64,000 bases of DNA from an uncultured Ruminococcus sp. (GCF_937915125.1 NZ_CALDMP010000076.1:3529-67528); one strand, 5' to 3'; shown: positions 10,781 to 21,168, counted from the stretch's first letter. Notes: generated from the sequence alone by a model not told the origin. Program-made: numbers and translations.

Positions 10781-12619
10781 TTATACTTCCATAATGATGG
10801 GCAGGATCATGGGGCTGCGCTTTGTCTTTTCGTAGATAAAGTCAGACAGAACGTCACGCAGCTTTGTTTTCAGCGTACCCCATTCCTTCAGATCGTGGGC
10901 ACTGCATCCGTCCAGCACCTTTATCATCACACGGCGAGCCTCGTCCATAAGCTCTTCCGATTCCCGGACATAGACAAATCCGCGGGAAATGATATCCGGA
11001 CCGGCGACCAGAGTATTGGACATGCGCTCAATACCAATGACCACAATAATGAGACCATCCTGTGCCAGATGCTTTCTGTCACGGAGCACGATGGAGCCCA
11101 CATCGCCTACGCCCAGACCGTCTACCATAACACGGCCTGCGGGCACCTGGGATACCACACGCATGGTCTGACCGTCTGTTTCAATCACATCACCGATACT
11201 GGAGATCAGGATGCGCTCCTCCGGCATTCCCATGGATTTCGCAATTTCCGCATGCTTCACCAGATGCTTGTACTCACCGTGCACCGGAATGAAGAACTTG
11301 GGCTTTGTCAGTGCCTGAATGAGTTTCAGTTCCTCCTGACAGGCGTGACCGGAGACATGCACCTCGTACATGGACTCATAGATCACCTCTGCACCGGATT
11401 TCATCAGTTCGTTGACCACACGGGTCACATATTTTTCGTTGCCCGGAATGGGCTTTGCCGAAATAATAATAAAGTCGTTGGGGGTAATAGACACCTTTTT
11501 GTGGCTGTTCATCGCCATTCGTGTCAGTGCCGACAGGGGTTCGCCCTGGCTTCCCGTTGTCACAAGAACGATCTTCTCGTCAGGATAACGGCTCATTTCG
11601 TCGATATCGATAATCATACCCTTGGGTACTGTCAGATAGCCCAATTCTGTGGCTGTTTCAATGACATGGATCATACTGCGCCCGAACACGGCAATTTTTC
11701 TGTCGTACCGCTGTGCCTGGTCAATGATCTGCTGTACACGGTGCACATTGGACGAGAATGTGGCAATGATGATACGCCGTCCCTCGGCACGCTTGAACAG
11801 CTTTTCAAAGGAGCCGCCCACAGTGCGCTCGGAGCAAGTAAATCCTGTCCGTTCCGCGTTGGTGGAATCTGCCATAAGCGCCAGAACGCCACGGCTGCCC
11901 AGCTCGCCGAAGCGTGCCAGGTCGATGATCTCATCGTCAATGGGAGAAAAGTCCACCTTGAAGTCCCCGGTATGCACAATGATGCCTGCCGGGGTGTGGA
12001 TCGCCATACCCACTGCGCCGGGGATAGAATGGTTCACCTTGATGAATTCCACTGCCATACAGCCCATTTTCACGGTTTTCCGGGGTTCTACCTCAATGAG
12101 CTTCGCCTGCTTGAGAAGTCCGTGTTCTTCCAGCTTGCCCCGAATGAGTCCCAGAGTCATGCGTGTGCCGTAAATGGGCACGTTGATTTTTTTCAGAAGA
12201 TATGCCAGACCGCCGATATGGTCCTCGTGGCCGTGGGTAATGACAATACCCCGGATGCGGTCCTTGTTGCCCTCCACATAGGTGAAATCCGGGATGACAA
12301 TATCAACACCCGGCATGTCCATATCCGGAAACGCCAGTCCGCAGTCCAGAATGAACATATCATTGCTGCACTCGAACACAGTCATATTCTTTCCGATCTC
12401 GTTCAGACCGCCCAGGGGAATGATCCGTACTGGTGTACGCTTCTGTTCCCGTTTCGGTGCTCTTGTCTGCTGTGCTGCACCGCTGCGGCTGCCATTGCTG
12501 CGGTGGCTGCCAGAGGGTTTCCGTTCTCCGCCCTGCTGACGCGGTCTGGCGCCATAGTTTCTCTTTCTCGTCTGTGAACCGCTGCGTGGTTCACGTACCT
12601 GTTCTTTTTCTGTAGCCAA
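10781..12619 (-). CDS. rnj: Ribonuclease J
   Basis: IPLGGLNEIGKNM, THGHEDHIG, HTGDFK, HVSGHA, PVHGE motifs; TTG start. Confidence 0.96.
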   Translation of the reverse strand: MATEKEQVREPRSGSQTRKRNYGARPRQQGGERKPSGSHRSNGSRSGAAQQTRAPKREQKRTPVRIIPLGGLNEIGKNMTVFECSNDMFILDCGLAFPDMDMPGVDIVIPDFTYVEGNKDRIRGIVITHGHEDHIGGLAYLLKKINVPIYGTRMTLGLIRGKLEEHGLLKQAKLIEVEPRKTVKMGCMAVEFIKVNHSIPGAVGMAIHTPAGIIVHTGDFKVDFSPIDDEIIDLARFGELGSRGVLALMADSTNAERTGFTCSERTVGGSFEKLFKRAEGRRIIIATFSSNVHRVQQIIDQAQRYDRKIAVFGRSMIHVIETATELGYLTVPKGMIIDIDEMSRYPDEKIVLVTTGSQGEPLSALTRMAMNSHKKVSITPNDFIIISAKPIPGNEKYVTRVVNELMKSGAEVIYESMYEVHVSGHACQEELKLIQALTKPKFFIPVHGEYKHLVKHAEIAKSMGMPEERILISSIGDVIETDGQTMRVVSQVPAGRVMVDGLGVGDVGSIVLRDRKHLAQDGLIIVVIGIERMSNTLVAGPDIISRGFVYVRESEELMDEARRVMIKVLDGCSAHDLKEWGTLKTKLRDVLSDFIYEKTKRSPMILPIIMEV

Positions 12620-13107
12620 TCAAGTATCCTCGCTTTCTTCCGATGGGCGATGGCAGTGTCAATTTGCAGCATTTCCTACGAATCCCCCGTGAAAAATCTT
12701 AACGCTGTTCCAGTCAGGGATTCGTATTCAAATTTAACAAGGTTCGTGCATTGTTTCGTCGTTCTGCAATTCCGTGCTTTTTCGTGCAGCATTCCCAAGC
12801 TTCCGGTCATTCACGCCGGATTTGCATCGTTCCATTCTCTTCGGGAACAGCCATTCTGCACAGCACATCCTGTACACATCGCCCTGGATTTCACCGGGTT
12901 TTGCCATATCACGCAAGAATACAGCTTTCCCGTATGTATATATGTATAAATATGATAAATATAAAATACGGCCTACCGGCAATAAAACGTCCGCACAGCA
13001 GGCAGCATTCTCATCCAATCAGTTGTAATACAGAAGTAGTCCCCGCCCTCTAAAAAACGCGGTCTGTTTCTGCAATTTCGTTTTCACGTACAGCAATACA
13101 TAGTTTT

Positions 13108-13136
13108 ATTATACGATTTCCCGGATTCAATGTCAA
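13108..13136 (-). promoter_or_regulatory. Consensus sigma-A promoter ~480 nt upstream of rnj
   Basis: Minus strand TTGACA (13136-13131), 17 bp, TATAAT (13113-13108). Confidence 0.75.
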
Positions 13137-13172
13137 TGGAATTTGAGAAAAATTTGCTTTTTGGACAATTAT

Positions 13173-14537
13173 TCACGACTCACACTCCGGAATTTCTACA
13201 AAACCGTTAGAAACCTTCTTTTTTTCGGCACAGTGCAGCTTTTCCTTTCCTGACAGGAGCAGAAGCCCCAGGAGGTTGGGGATCGCCATAAGCCCATTGG
13301 CAATATCCGAGACAGCCCACACTGCTCCCAGAGAGACCACTGCGCCGGCACCGGCAGCCAGGCAGAACAAAATGCGATAGGGCTGGAGTCCCCGTGTGCC
13401 CCAGAGATAGCCCACTGCCTGTTCCCCGCAGCAGCCCCAGCCGATAAGGGTACAAAAGGCGAAGAGTGCCGTGATAATCGCCATGATCTGGGGAGACACG
13501 CCGCCGAAAATGCCGGAAAATGTTGCCGTAATGATACTTCCGGCATCCTGTGCCTGTTCCATGGCGCCGCTGGTCAGTACCGCCAGAGCTGTCAGCGTGC
13601 AGCATACCAGCGTATCCAGCGCCACCTCAACCATACTCCACATGCCCTGGAGAGACGCATCCCGGGAAGAGCCTCCGGCATGAACCAGGGCACTGCTGCC
13701 CAGACCGGCTTCGTTGGAAAATATCCCATGGCGCAATCCCGTCCGTACTGCTTCCCGGAGCAATGCTCCGGAAATGCCGCCGCCTACTGCATCAAGCCCG
13801 AATGCACCCCGGAAGATGAACTGAAATGCCTGGGGCAAAGCATCCCCGTGCCGAACAATCACCGCCAGTGCAGACAGCATATACACCGCCGACAGCAAGG
13901 GCATGAGCCACTGAATCACACTCCCCACACCCCGCACGCCCCGGAGCAATATACACCCCAGCAAAACCGCTACGGCAATACCCACAGCAAGGGGCGGTAT
14001 AGAAAACGCTTCCTCCGCCAAGGCAGAAATGGCGCTGCTCTGGGTCATATTGCCCATACCAAGAGAGGCGGCAATGCAAAAGACGGCGTACAGTGCCGCC
14101 AGCATCCGGCTGCCCAGACCATAGCGCAGATATGCCATGGGACCGCCCACACGAGTGCCGTCCGGCAGTTCCCGGGCATAGCGCATTGCCAGTACATTTT
14201 CCGTATAAGTCAGCATCATGCCCAGGAAAGCCGAGATCCACATCCAGAAAATTGCTCCTGGTCCACCGATGCACAGGGCAGTTGCCACACCGATGACATT
14301 GCCCGTACCCATTGCCGCTGCCAGTGCTGCGGAAAAGGTCTGGAACTGGGTCAGTGCAGGTGTGCCTTCCTTCAAATCGCCAGAGCCCCGGCGCAGACTT
14401 CCAAAAGTTTCACGAAGAATGGTTTTCCATCCGCGCAGCTGAAAAAAACGGCTGCGCAGACTCAGCCACAGCCCTGTTCCCAGCAGAAGTACCAGCAGAC
14501 CCGGTCCCCAGACCATAGATGCAATTCGTTCCAGCAT
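13173..14537 (-). CDS. Alanine/glycine:cation symporter (AGCS family)
   Basis: G.GNVIGVA.A...GGPGAIFWMW, GIFSNEAGLGS, DT...CT.T, MAIPNL motifs; AAGGAG RBS before ATG 14537. Confidence 0.92.
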   Translation of the reverse strand: MLERIASMVWGPGLLVLLLGTGLWLSLRSRFFQLRGWKTILRETFGSLRRGSGDLKEGTPALTQFQTFSAALAAAMGTGNVIGVATALCIGGPGAIFWMWISAFLGMMLTYTENVLAMRYARELPDGTRVGGPMAYLRYGLGSRMLAALYAVFCIAASLGMGNMTQSSAISALAEEAFSIPPLAVGIAVAVLLGCILLRGVRGVGSVIQWLMPLLSAVYMLSALAVIVRHGDALPQAFQFIFRGAFGLDAVGGGISGALLREAVRTGLRHGIFSNEAGLGSSALVHAGGSSRDASLQGMWSMVEVALDTLVCCTLTALAVLTSGAMEQAQDAGSIITATFSGIFGGVSPQIMAIITALFAFCTLIGWGCCGEQAVGYLWGTRGLQPYRILFCLAAGAGAVVSLGAVWAVSDIANGLMAIPNLLGLLLLSGKEKLHCAEKKKVSNGFVEIPECES

Positions 14538-14571
14538 AGCAATCTCCTTGTATCTTATGCCCATTCGCAAC

Positions 14572-14646
14572 TTGTAGGGAACGACCCCTGTGTCGTTCCC
14601 TCAGAATCTGTATTAGTCGGAACGACAAGGAGGTCGTTCCCTACAA
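14572..14646. repeat. GTAG-type REP doublet (REPIN-like)
   Basis: TTGTAGGGAACGAC...GTCGTTCCC / GGAACGAC...GTCGTTCCCTACAA: two inverted REP units. Confidence 0.75.
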
Positions 14647-14762
14647 TCTGGATAAACAAAATTCTCACACATTTTTCTTGACGTATCCGCATTGGTAAGG
14701 TATAATATTGATATATTATTATATGATAGTGACATAGAAAAGTATGCCCACAGGAGGAACAC

Positions 14763-15230
14763 ATGAAACAGTATCATGCCGATCGCCATGCGCAGTATAC
14801 ATTACAAATCGCAACGCCCATAGTTGCCGTTGTTCTGATCATTCTGGTGTGGTATTTTCTTGTCTTTCTGCCCCACTGGATGCTCTGGACGCTGACGATT
14901 CTTTTCGCAGCGGCGGCAATTCTGCTTTCTACACTGCTCCTGCCCATGTGGTTCTGCACCATTTCCTACACAGTTTCTGACACCCATATCACCAAACGCT
15001 GCGGCATTCTTTTCATCCAGGAACAGACCATGCGTACCCAGGCGCTCCAGTTCAGCAGCATCTTCCGGATACCCGGCTCCCATAAAACGGGGATGAATTT
15101 CATCCCCCTGCACGCATATGGCGGCACGGTTTTTCTCGCCTTTCTGAGCAAATCTGATGCCGAAGAGATCCAGGCATTCCTGCAAAGAACTGTGTATCAA
15201 AACGGTCAGACGAAGGCAGAGGAGACCTGA
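14763..15230 (+). CDS. Membrane protein with bacterial PH (bPH_2) domain, YdbS-like
   Basis: Two TM helices followed by Y.V....I....G.LF motif; AGGAGG RBS; paired with the larger bPH protein. Confidence 0.6.
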   Translation: MKQYHADRHAQYTLQIATPIVAVVLIILVWYFLVFLPHWMLWTLTILFAAAAILLSTLLLPMWFCTISYTVSDTHITKRCGILFIQEQTMRTQALQFSSIFRIPGSHKTGMNFIPLHAYGGTVFLAFLSKSDAEEIQAFLQRTVYQNGQTKAEET

Positions 15231-15264
15231 TGCAATTTGACAATCACCGTGAAAGGAGGAACGC

Positions 15265-16749
15265 ATGTCGGTAAATGCACCGCCGGATGCCGCCGTTTAT
15301 CGGGAGCATCCTATCAAGATTCTGCGCTACAGTGCCAAAAACCTCTGGCTCCTGATCTTCCCTCTGCTGCGCAGTCTGCGCTTTTATCCCTTTTCCCTGC
15401 AAAATCTCATCGACTGGGGCGCCGGCGCATGGTTCGATCTGCTGATTGCCTTGCTGATCCTGGGCATCGGTACACTGCGGTGGCAGTCCTGCGTGTACTA
15501 CTTTGATGAGATCTCCATTCATTCAAAGAGTGGTCTGCTGCTGCAAAAGGAAACAGAAATTCCGCTGGATCGCATTACATGCACTGTAGAAGAGCACATC
15601 TTTTATCTGCGTCCCATCCGTGCTGTCCGACTACAGATCAGTACGGCATCCGGTTCCGTCCCCGAAGCGGACATGAAGCTGATCCTCTATCTCCGGGATC
15701 TGCACCGGATGCGACAGCACATCCCTGTGCTGCAAAACGACAGTTCCAAAGCTATGGCATACCACACTCCAGCATGGCGCGTGCTGCTCTTTTCGGCACT
15801 ATTTTCCAGCAGCTTCTCCGGCGCTCTGTACATTGCCACTCTCTTTTTTGAGGGCGGCAGAATCACATCGGATCTGCTGGAACAGTTCCAGGCGCAGCAG
15901 CTTCTGGAGGATGCCACGGAGCGTGCCTCTTCGGCATTTCACGGCGTTCCTCGTATTGCCATCACCATCGGCATCGTGATCCTGTCCCTGTGGCTGGTCT
16001 CCTTTGGTCGAAATCTCCTGCGCTACGCCCGATTCCGCATCCGGTTCGGCAGTGAATTCATCTCTGTGCATATGGGGATTCTGAATCGGCGGCGATATCA
16101 TCTCCGAGATTCTGCCATTGTCTTTCCCGACCTGCGGCAAAACCTGATCATGAAGATCTGCGGCATGGTATCTCTGCACATTCGCTGTCCCGGCTATGGC
16201 AGCCGCCGGGATACCCTGCCCGTACTCATTCCGCTCATGCGAAAAAAATCCTCTCAGGCACTGCTGCAAAAGCTTCACGCCGCCCAGTCCCTGAAAAAGC
16301 CCCATGTCACCGCACGTTCAAATCTGCGGTTTTTCTGGTCTTTCGTATGGCCGCCGGTCATCGGACTGTGTGCCATTGTACCGGCACGGATCCTGCTGCT
16401 CCATCTTCTGCCGAAATTCGATTCCATGATCCGGTTTTTCTCTGTCATGCTGGTCATTCCCCTGGCATGGCTTCTCCTGATCCGCATCGTCTCCCTTCTG
16501 ACGCAGTATGTGGCAATGGACACGGAAACTGTACAGTTTCATTTCAGCCAATGGTTTACGTTCCATACCATTACAGTCAAGCGAAGTCATATCGTCCGGG
16601 CAGATTTCAGACAAACGCCTCTGCAAAAGCAATACGGCGTGGGGCATCTTTACCTGGTCTGCAATGGTCCGCGGCAGGAACGATATAAGCTGACGGCACT
16701 TCCGGAAGAGGCGGCGAGAACAGTGATTGCCGCATTAAATGAAAAATAG
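15265..16749 (+). CDS. Multi-pass membrane protein with repeated bPH_2 domains, YdbT-like
   Basis: Three TM-pair/soluble repeats (SG.L...E..IP..RI; QTPLQK.YG.G.L); AAAGGAGG RBS. Confidence 0.65.
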   Translation: MSVNAPPDAAVYREHPIKILRYSAKNLWLLIFPLLRSLRFYPFSLQNLIDWGAGAWFDLLIALLILGIGTLRWQSCVYYFDEISIHSKSGLLLQKETEIPLDRITCTVEEHIFYLRPIRAVRLQISTASGSVPEADMKLILYLRDLHRMRQHIPVLQNDSSKAMAYHTPAWRVLLFSALFSSSFSGALYIATLFFEGGRITSDLLEQFQAQQLLEDATERASSAFHGVPRIAITIGIVILSLWLVSFGRNLLRYARFRIRFGSEFISVHMGILNRRRYHLRDSAIVFPDLRQNLIMKICGMVSLHIRCPGYGSRRDTLPVLIPLMRKKSSQALLQKLHAAQSLKKPHVTARSNLRFFWSFVWPPVIGLCAIVPARILLLHLLPKFDSMIRFFSVMLVIPLAWLLLIRIVSLLTQYVAMDTETVQFHFSQWFTFHTITVKRSHIVRADFRQTPLQKQYGVGHLYLVCNGPRQERYKLTALPEEAARTVIAALNEK

Positions 16750-16841
16750 ATGGCAATACCACTCTTCAAAATCACCTTGCAATTTTCCCTCATTTCTGGT
16801 AGAATAGAGACATATCCCTACAGATTGGAGCGTAACAGAAG

Positions 16842-19001
16842 TTGAATATCAATCAGACACTGGCTGCAGAATTTCAGCTGCGGCAGGAACAAATCGACCA
16901 CACCATTGCCCTGCTGGACGATGGAAAAACCATTCCTTTTATTGCACGATACCGGAAAGAAGCCACCGGCTCACTGGACGACCAGGTACTCCGTGCCATT
17001 GACACACGCCTGCAATATCTCCGGAAGCTGGAACAGCGCAAGGACGAAATCATCGCCGCCATTGATGCCCAGGGAAAACTGACCCCGGAACTGTCCGAGA
17101 AGATCCGTGGGGCAGAGACTCTGGTGGAAACAGAGGATCTTTATCTGCCCTATCGACCCAAGAGAAAGACAAGAGCCTCTGCGGCAATTGCCCGTGGACT
17201 GGAACCTCTGGCACGTATCCTGATGCAGCAGGATCCCCGGACAAACCCGGACAGCGAAGCGGCTTCTTTTGTTGACCCGGAAAAGGAAGTCCCCGACACA
17301 GACGCCGCACTTCAGGGTGCCATGGATATTCTGGCGGAGGAAATGGCGAACGATGCCGACCTGCGCAAACAGATGCGCCGATTCACCATGCTGTCCGGCA
17401 CCATTTGTTCCCGTGCCGCTGACCCGGAGGCGGAAACGCCCTATCAGAATTATTACGACTATCAGGAGCCGGTAAAGCGTATTGCCGGTCATCGTGTGCT
17501 GGCACTAGATCGAGGTGAGCGGGAAAATGCACTGAAGGTTTCCCTGGTGCTGCCGGAAGGACATGGGCCGTCTATTGTGGTGCACAAGTTTGTGAAAAAT
17601 CAAAGTCCCTGCGGTATCTTAGTGCAGACGGCGGCAGAGGATGCCTTTCAGCGGCTGCTGTTCCCGGCAGTGGAGCGTGAGGTACGCAAGGCGCTAACAG
17701 AACAGGCGGCGGCTTCTGCCATTCAGGTATTCGCCTCTAACCTGCGTCAGCTGCTCATGGCGGCACCGCTGAAAAACCGCACTGTTCTGGGAGTCGATCC
17801 GGGATACCGTACCGGATGCAAGCTTGCTGTAGTGGACGAAACCGGAAAAGTCCTGGACACCGGCGTTGCCTATATTACGCTCGGCGAAGGCAGACAAATG
17901 GAACAGGGCAAAAAGACCATGCAGCGCATGATGATACAGCACCACGTCACCGCCGTTGCCATCGGAAACGGCACCGCATCCCGTGAGGCAGAAGCAGTGG
18001 TGGCAGATCTGCTGAAAGAACTCCCCCACAAGGCGGCATACATGGTAGTGTCCGAAGCCGGTGCGTCTGTCTATTCGGCATCCAAGCTAGCGGCTGAGGA
18101 ATTCCCGGAATATGACGTTTCCCTGCGCAGTGCTGTGTCCATTGCACGGCGGCTCCAGGATCCGCTGGCGGAGCTTGTGAAGATTGACCCCCAGGCGATC
18201 GGCGTAGGGCAGTATCAGCACGACATGCCCAAAGCAGAGCTGACAGCGGCACTGGATGGCGTAGTAGAGGATTGCGTGAACCATGTGGGCGTTGACCTGA
18301 ACACTGCCTCCTTCTCTCTGCTGTCCCACATCGCCGGTATTAACCAGACCATTGCCAAAAACATCGTGGCATACCGTACAGAAAACGGTGCATTCACTGA
18401 TCGGAAGCAGCTGAAAAAAGTGGCAAAGCTGGGGCCGAAGGCATTTGAGCAGTGCGCTGGATTTCTCCGTGTCCCCGGTGCAAAAAATCCTCTGGACAAT
18501 ACGGCAGTGCACCCGGAGAGCTACAGTGCAGCTGAGACGATCCTGAAAGAATGCGGATTCCAGCTGGCAGATATATCCGGGCAGAGCCGCAGTGAGATCA
18601 CAACCATTGCCCAGAAGCACGGCATGGCTGCCATTGCAGAAAAGGCAGGCGTCGGCGTGCCCACAGTGACGGATATTGTCAAAGAGTTGGCAAAGCCGGG
18701 ACGTGACCCCAGAGATGAACTGCCGCCGCCTCTGATGCGCAGCGGCGATATCATGGAATTGAAAGACCTGAAACCGGGCATGGAACTGACGGGAACAGTT
18801 CGGAACGTCATTGACTTCGGTTGTTTTGTGGACATCGGTGTCCATGAGGACGGACTGGTGCATATTTCCCAGATCTGCGACCGGTACATTAAGCATCCGC
18901 TGGAAGTGGTAAAAGTCGGCGATGTCGTACAAGTCTGGGTGCTGGATGTAGATACAAAGAGGAAACGCATCTCCCTGACTATGAAAAAGCCGAAAGCGTA
19001 A
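16842..19001 (+). CDS. tex: Tex family transcriptional accessory protein (S1 domain)
   Basis: TIPFIARYRKE, DPGYRTGCK, IGNGTASRE, SEAGASVYSAS, IGVGQYQHD, C-terminal S1. Confidence 0.96.
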   Translation: MNINQTLAAEFQLRQEQIDHTIALLDDGKTIPFIARYRKEATGSLDDQVLRAIDTRLQYLRKLEQRKDEIIAAIDAQGKLTPELSEKIRGAETLVETEDLYLPYRPKRKTRASAAIARGLEPLARILMQQDPRTNPDSEAASFVDPEKEVPDTDAALQGAMDILAEEMANDADLRKQMRRFTMLSGTICSRAADPEAETPYQNYYDYQEPVKRIAGHRVLALDRGERENALKVSLVLPEGHGPSIVVHKFVKNQSPCGILVQTAAEDAFQRLLFPAVEREVRKALTEQAAASAIQVFASNLRQLLMAAPLKNRTVLGVDPGYRTGCKLAVVDETGKVLDTGVAYITLGEGRQMEQGKKTMQRMMIQHHVTAVAIGNGTASREAEAVVADLLKELPHKAAYMVVSEAGASVYSASKLAAEEFPEYDVSLRSAVSIARRLQDPLAELVKIDPQAIGVGQYQHDMPKAELTAALDGVVEDCVNHVGVDLNTASFSLLSHIAGINQTIAKNIVAYRTENGAFTDRKQLKKVAKLGPKAFEQCAGFLRVPGAKNPLDNTAVHPESYSAAETILKECGFQLADISGQSRSEITTIAQKHGMAAIAEKAGVGVPTVTDIVKELAKPGRDPRDELPPPLMRSGDIMELKDLKPGMELTGTVRNVIDFGCFVDIGVHEDGLVHISQICDRYIKHPLEVVKVGDVVQVWVLDVDTKRKRISLTMKKPKA

Positions 19002-19199
19002 TGGCGAAGTAAAAGGCTGCACATCATGCTGGTCCAGCTGAGCACAGCTGGCGCAGGTCCAGGGACGCTGCCTGCAGGCAGCGACAAGGGGCTTTGCTCC
19101 TTGACCCCACCAGCATTTTCGAGAAATTGCTGAATCAAAAAGCTTCATTGCCGCCTGTGGCGATGCCGTACTTGTGTGTATTGCCTTGCTTTTTTACTG

Positions 19200-19250
19200 A
19201 AAAACGGACGAACATAGCCGCTCAGCGTATGTTCGTCCGTTTTATTTTTA
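19200..19250. terminator. Bidirectional terminator between convergent tex and radical SAM gene
   Basis: AAAACGGACGAACATA...TATGTTCGTCCGTTTT perfect stem flanked by A/T runs. Confidence 0.75.
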
Positions 19251-19251
19251 T

Positions 19252-19878
19252 TTACCGCCGGGTGGCTGCATCGTCAAACTTCCGGATTCGCAGCCGAATC
19301 CCCAGCTTTTCCGCAAGCTGCTTTGCCGCCGCCAGTTCCGACGGCTCCAGCACATCCACTACCGTCAGCATCACCTGAGGCACATATGCCTTACAATCCA
19401 CTGCAAACCGCTGCATTGCAGAAAACGCCTCTGCCCCGAATTTCGGGCGTGTCACATCAAGATATGCCTCTTCCGTTCCGGCATTCAGACTGATGGAAAC
19501 AATATCCACCAGTCCTTCCAGATCTGCCGCCGTAGATCTGCCATGAATCAGATCCGACAGCCCGTTGGTGTTCAGACGGATACATTTCACCCCACGCGAT
19601 TTCAGATAACGTGCCGTCTCCTGCAGTACATCCAACCGCTCCGTAGGCTCACCGAAGCCGCAGAACACCACTTCCTTGTATTTCGTCACATCGAACCCAT
19701 CCAACGCTGTGCGTATCTCCTCCAGTGACGGCTCGTGCTCCAGCCACAAGGGATCCGAGCCGTATGCACCATCGCTCATAGTGCGGATGCAGAATGTACA
19801 TGCGCAGGGACAGTGGTTGGTGATATTCAAATAAAGATTTTCGCCTACTTCATAGGCAATGGTCATTGCCTTCTGCAT
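19252..19878 (-). CDS. TatD-associated-type radical SAM protein
   Basis: LYLNITNHCPCACTFCIR (CxxxCxxC), LWLEHEP, VFCGFGEPT, RLNTNG. Confidence 0.88.
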   Translation of the reverse strand: MQKAMTIAYEVGENLYLNITNHCPCACTFCIRTMSDGAYGSDPLWLEHEPSLEEIRTALDGFDVTKYKEVVFCGFGEPTERLDVLQETARYLKSRGVKCIRLNTNGLSDLIHGRSTAADLEGLVDIVSISLNAGTEEAYLDVTRPKFGAEAFSAMQRFAVDCKAYVPQVMLTVVDVLEPSELAAAKQLAEKLGIRLRIRKFDDAATRR

Positions 19879-19894
19879 GAAAGATCACTCCCGA

Positions 19895-20374
19895 TTATTT
19901 ATGATATTTCGTCCCATTCAAGATCTGGTAACTACGGTAAATCTGCTCCAGAAGCATGACCCGTGCCAGCTGATGGGGAAAAGTCATCTCCGACATGGAC
20001 AGACGCAGCTGTGCACGTTGCTTTACCGCCGGTGCCAGTCCATAGGAACTGCCGATAAAAAAGGTTACTGCACCGTTGTCGCCGCCGCAGGCAGCATCTG
20101 CGATCTTCGCCGCCAATGCCGGACTATCCAGCTGTTTGCCCTCAATACACATGGCAACGCAGAACCCACGGGCACGTTTCAGCAGTTCTGTGCCCTCTTT
20201 CTCCAGTGCCTGCGCAATTTCCCGATCAGAGGGATCCTGGGGCAGGGATACCGGCTCCAGTTCCACAATTTGCAGCTGACAAAACCGGGAAAGCCGCTTT
20301 TCATATTCCCGGCAAGCCTCTCGCAGATAGGATTCCTTGCACTTGCCCAGTGCTAAGATCTGTATCGTCTGCAT
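19895..20374 (-). CDS. rlmH: 23S rRNA pseudouridine-1915 N3-methyltransferase
   Basis: F.IGSSYGL, LSMS.MTFPHQLARVMLLEQIYR...GTKYHK; start at MQTIQ (20374). Confidence 0.95.
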   Translation of the reverse strand: MQTIQILALGKCKESYLREACREYEKRLSRFCQLQIVELEPVSLPQDPSDREIAQALEKEGTELLKRARGFCVAMCIEGKQLDSPALAAKIADAACGGDNGAVTFFIGSSYGLAPAVKQRAQLRLSMSEMTFPHQLARVMLLEQIYRSYQILNGTKYHK

Positions 20375-21168
20375 CAGAAGATCACCGCCTGTTCCAGACC
20401 GCAGGGTGCGGATACTTGTAACAAAAAGTCCCGGTTCGGGCACATACCCTGTTCCTGCAAATGGGACAATACCGTCTCCTGTGCCAGAGGCATGGTGTTG
20501 TTGTTTTCGCTGAGATGCCCCAGTACAATTCGTGTCGTACCGCTTTGCACCAGCTGTTCCGCCAGACCGGCGCTGTCGCCGTTGGACAGATGTCCATATT
20601 GTCCACGGATACGCTGCTGCAAATAATAGGGATACGGCCCCGTACGCAGCATCTGAGGATCATAATTTGCCTCCAACAGCACCAGATCCGTCCCCAGCAC
20701 TGCCTGTTCCACCTCCGGTGTCACGCAGCCCAGATCTGTACAGACGGCGCAGCTCTGTCCGTCCGGCATGTCAAAGCGATAGCCGCAGCTGCCGGGCGCA
20801 TCGTGCATGGTGGAGAATGCCGTTACGGCAATGTCTCCGGTATGTACAGTCTCTGTCGGCTGTATCTCATACAGCATGACGCTGTCCGGCAGCGCAACAG
20901 TATCCTGTATCTCCGCCAATGTTTCCGCCGTGGCGTAAACGGGAATGTTATACTTTCCCAGAAATACACGCAGCCCGGCAATGTGATCGCTGTGACTGTG
21001 GGTAATAAAGATACCCTGCACCGCCTCTATGGGGATATCGTGGGCTCGTAGGGACTGGGTCAGCTTCCGGCAGGACACACCGGCATCCACCAGCACACCG
21101 CCGGACGGACTGCCCACAAAGGACGCATTGCCCTTGCTGGAACTGAAAAGAGAATAAAACTTTGACAA
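20374..21168 (-). CDS. yycJ: MBL-fold metallo-hydrolase, YycJ/WalJ-like
   Basis: SSSKGN, THSHSDH, HDA, TDLG, EANYD, GHLSN, GHLSENNN; upstream of rlmH. Confidence 0.85.
   Translation of the reverse strand: MSKFYSLFSSSKGNASFVGSPSGGVLVDAGVSCRKLTQSLRAHDIPIEAVQGIFITHSHSDHIAGLRVFLGKYNIPVYATAETLAEIQDTVALPDSVMLYEIQPTETVHTGDIAVTAFSTMHDAPGSCGYRFDMPDGQSCAVCTDLGCVTPEVEQAVLGTDLVLLEANYDPQMLRTGPYPYYLQQRIRGQYGHLSNGDSAGLAEQLVQSGTTRIVLGHLSENNNTMPLAQETVLSHLQEQGMCPNRDFLLQVSAPCGLEQAVIF

Noticed and set aside
9623..12577. 984-aa plus-strand ORF (also 3155-5053, 23800-25512, 30034-31608, 32953-34221, 42232-43389)
   Set aside because: Antisense shadows of well-conserved genes (rnj/gdpP, ftsH, cysS, ABC, autolysin, metG), with no motifs or RBS; explained by codon bias
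12734..13018. 94-aa ORF upstream of rnj and 133-aa ORF upstream of murA (22774-23175)
   Set aside because: No good RBS, Cys-rich atypical composition, no motifs; treated as non-coding leaders
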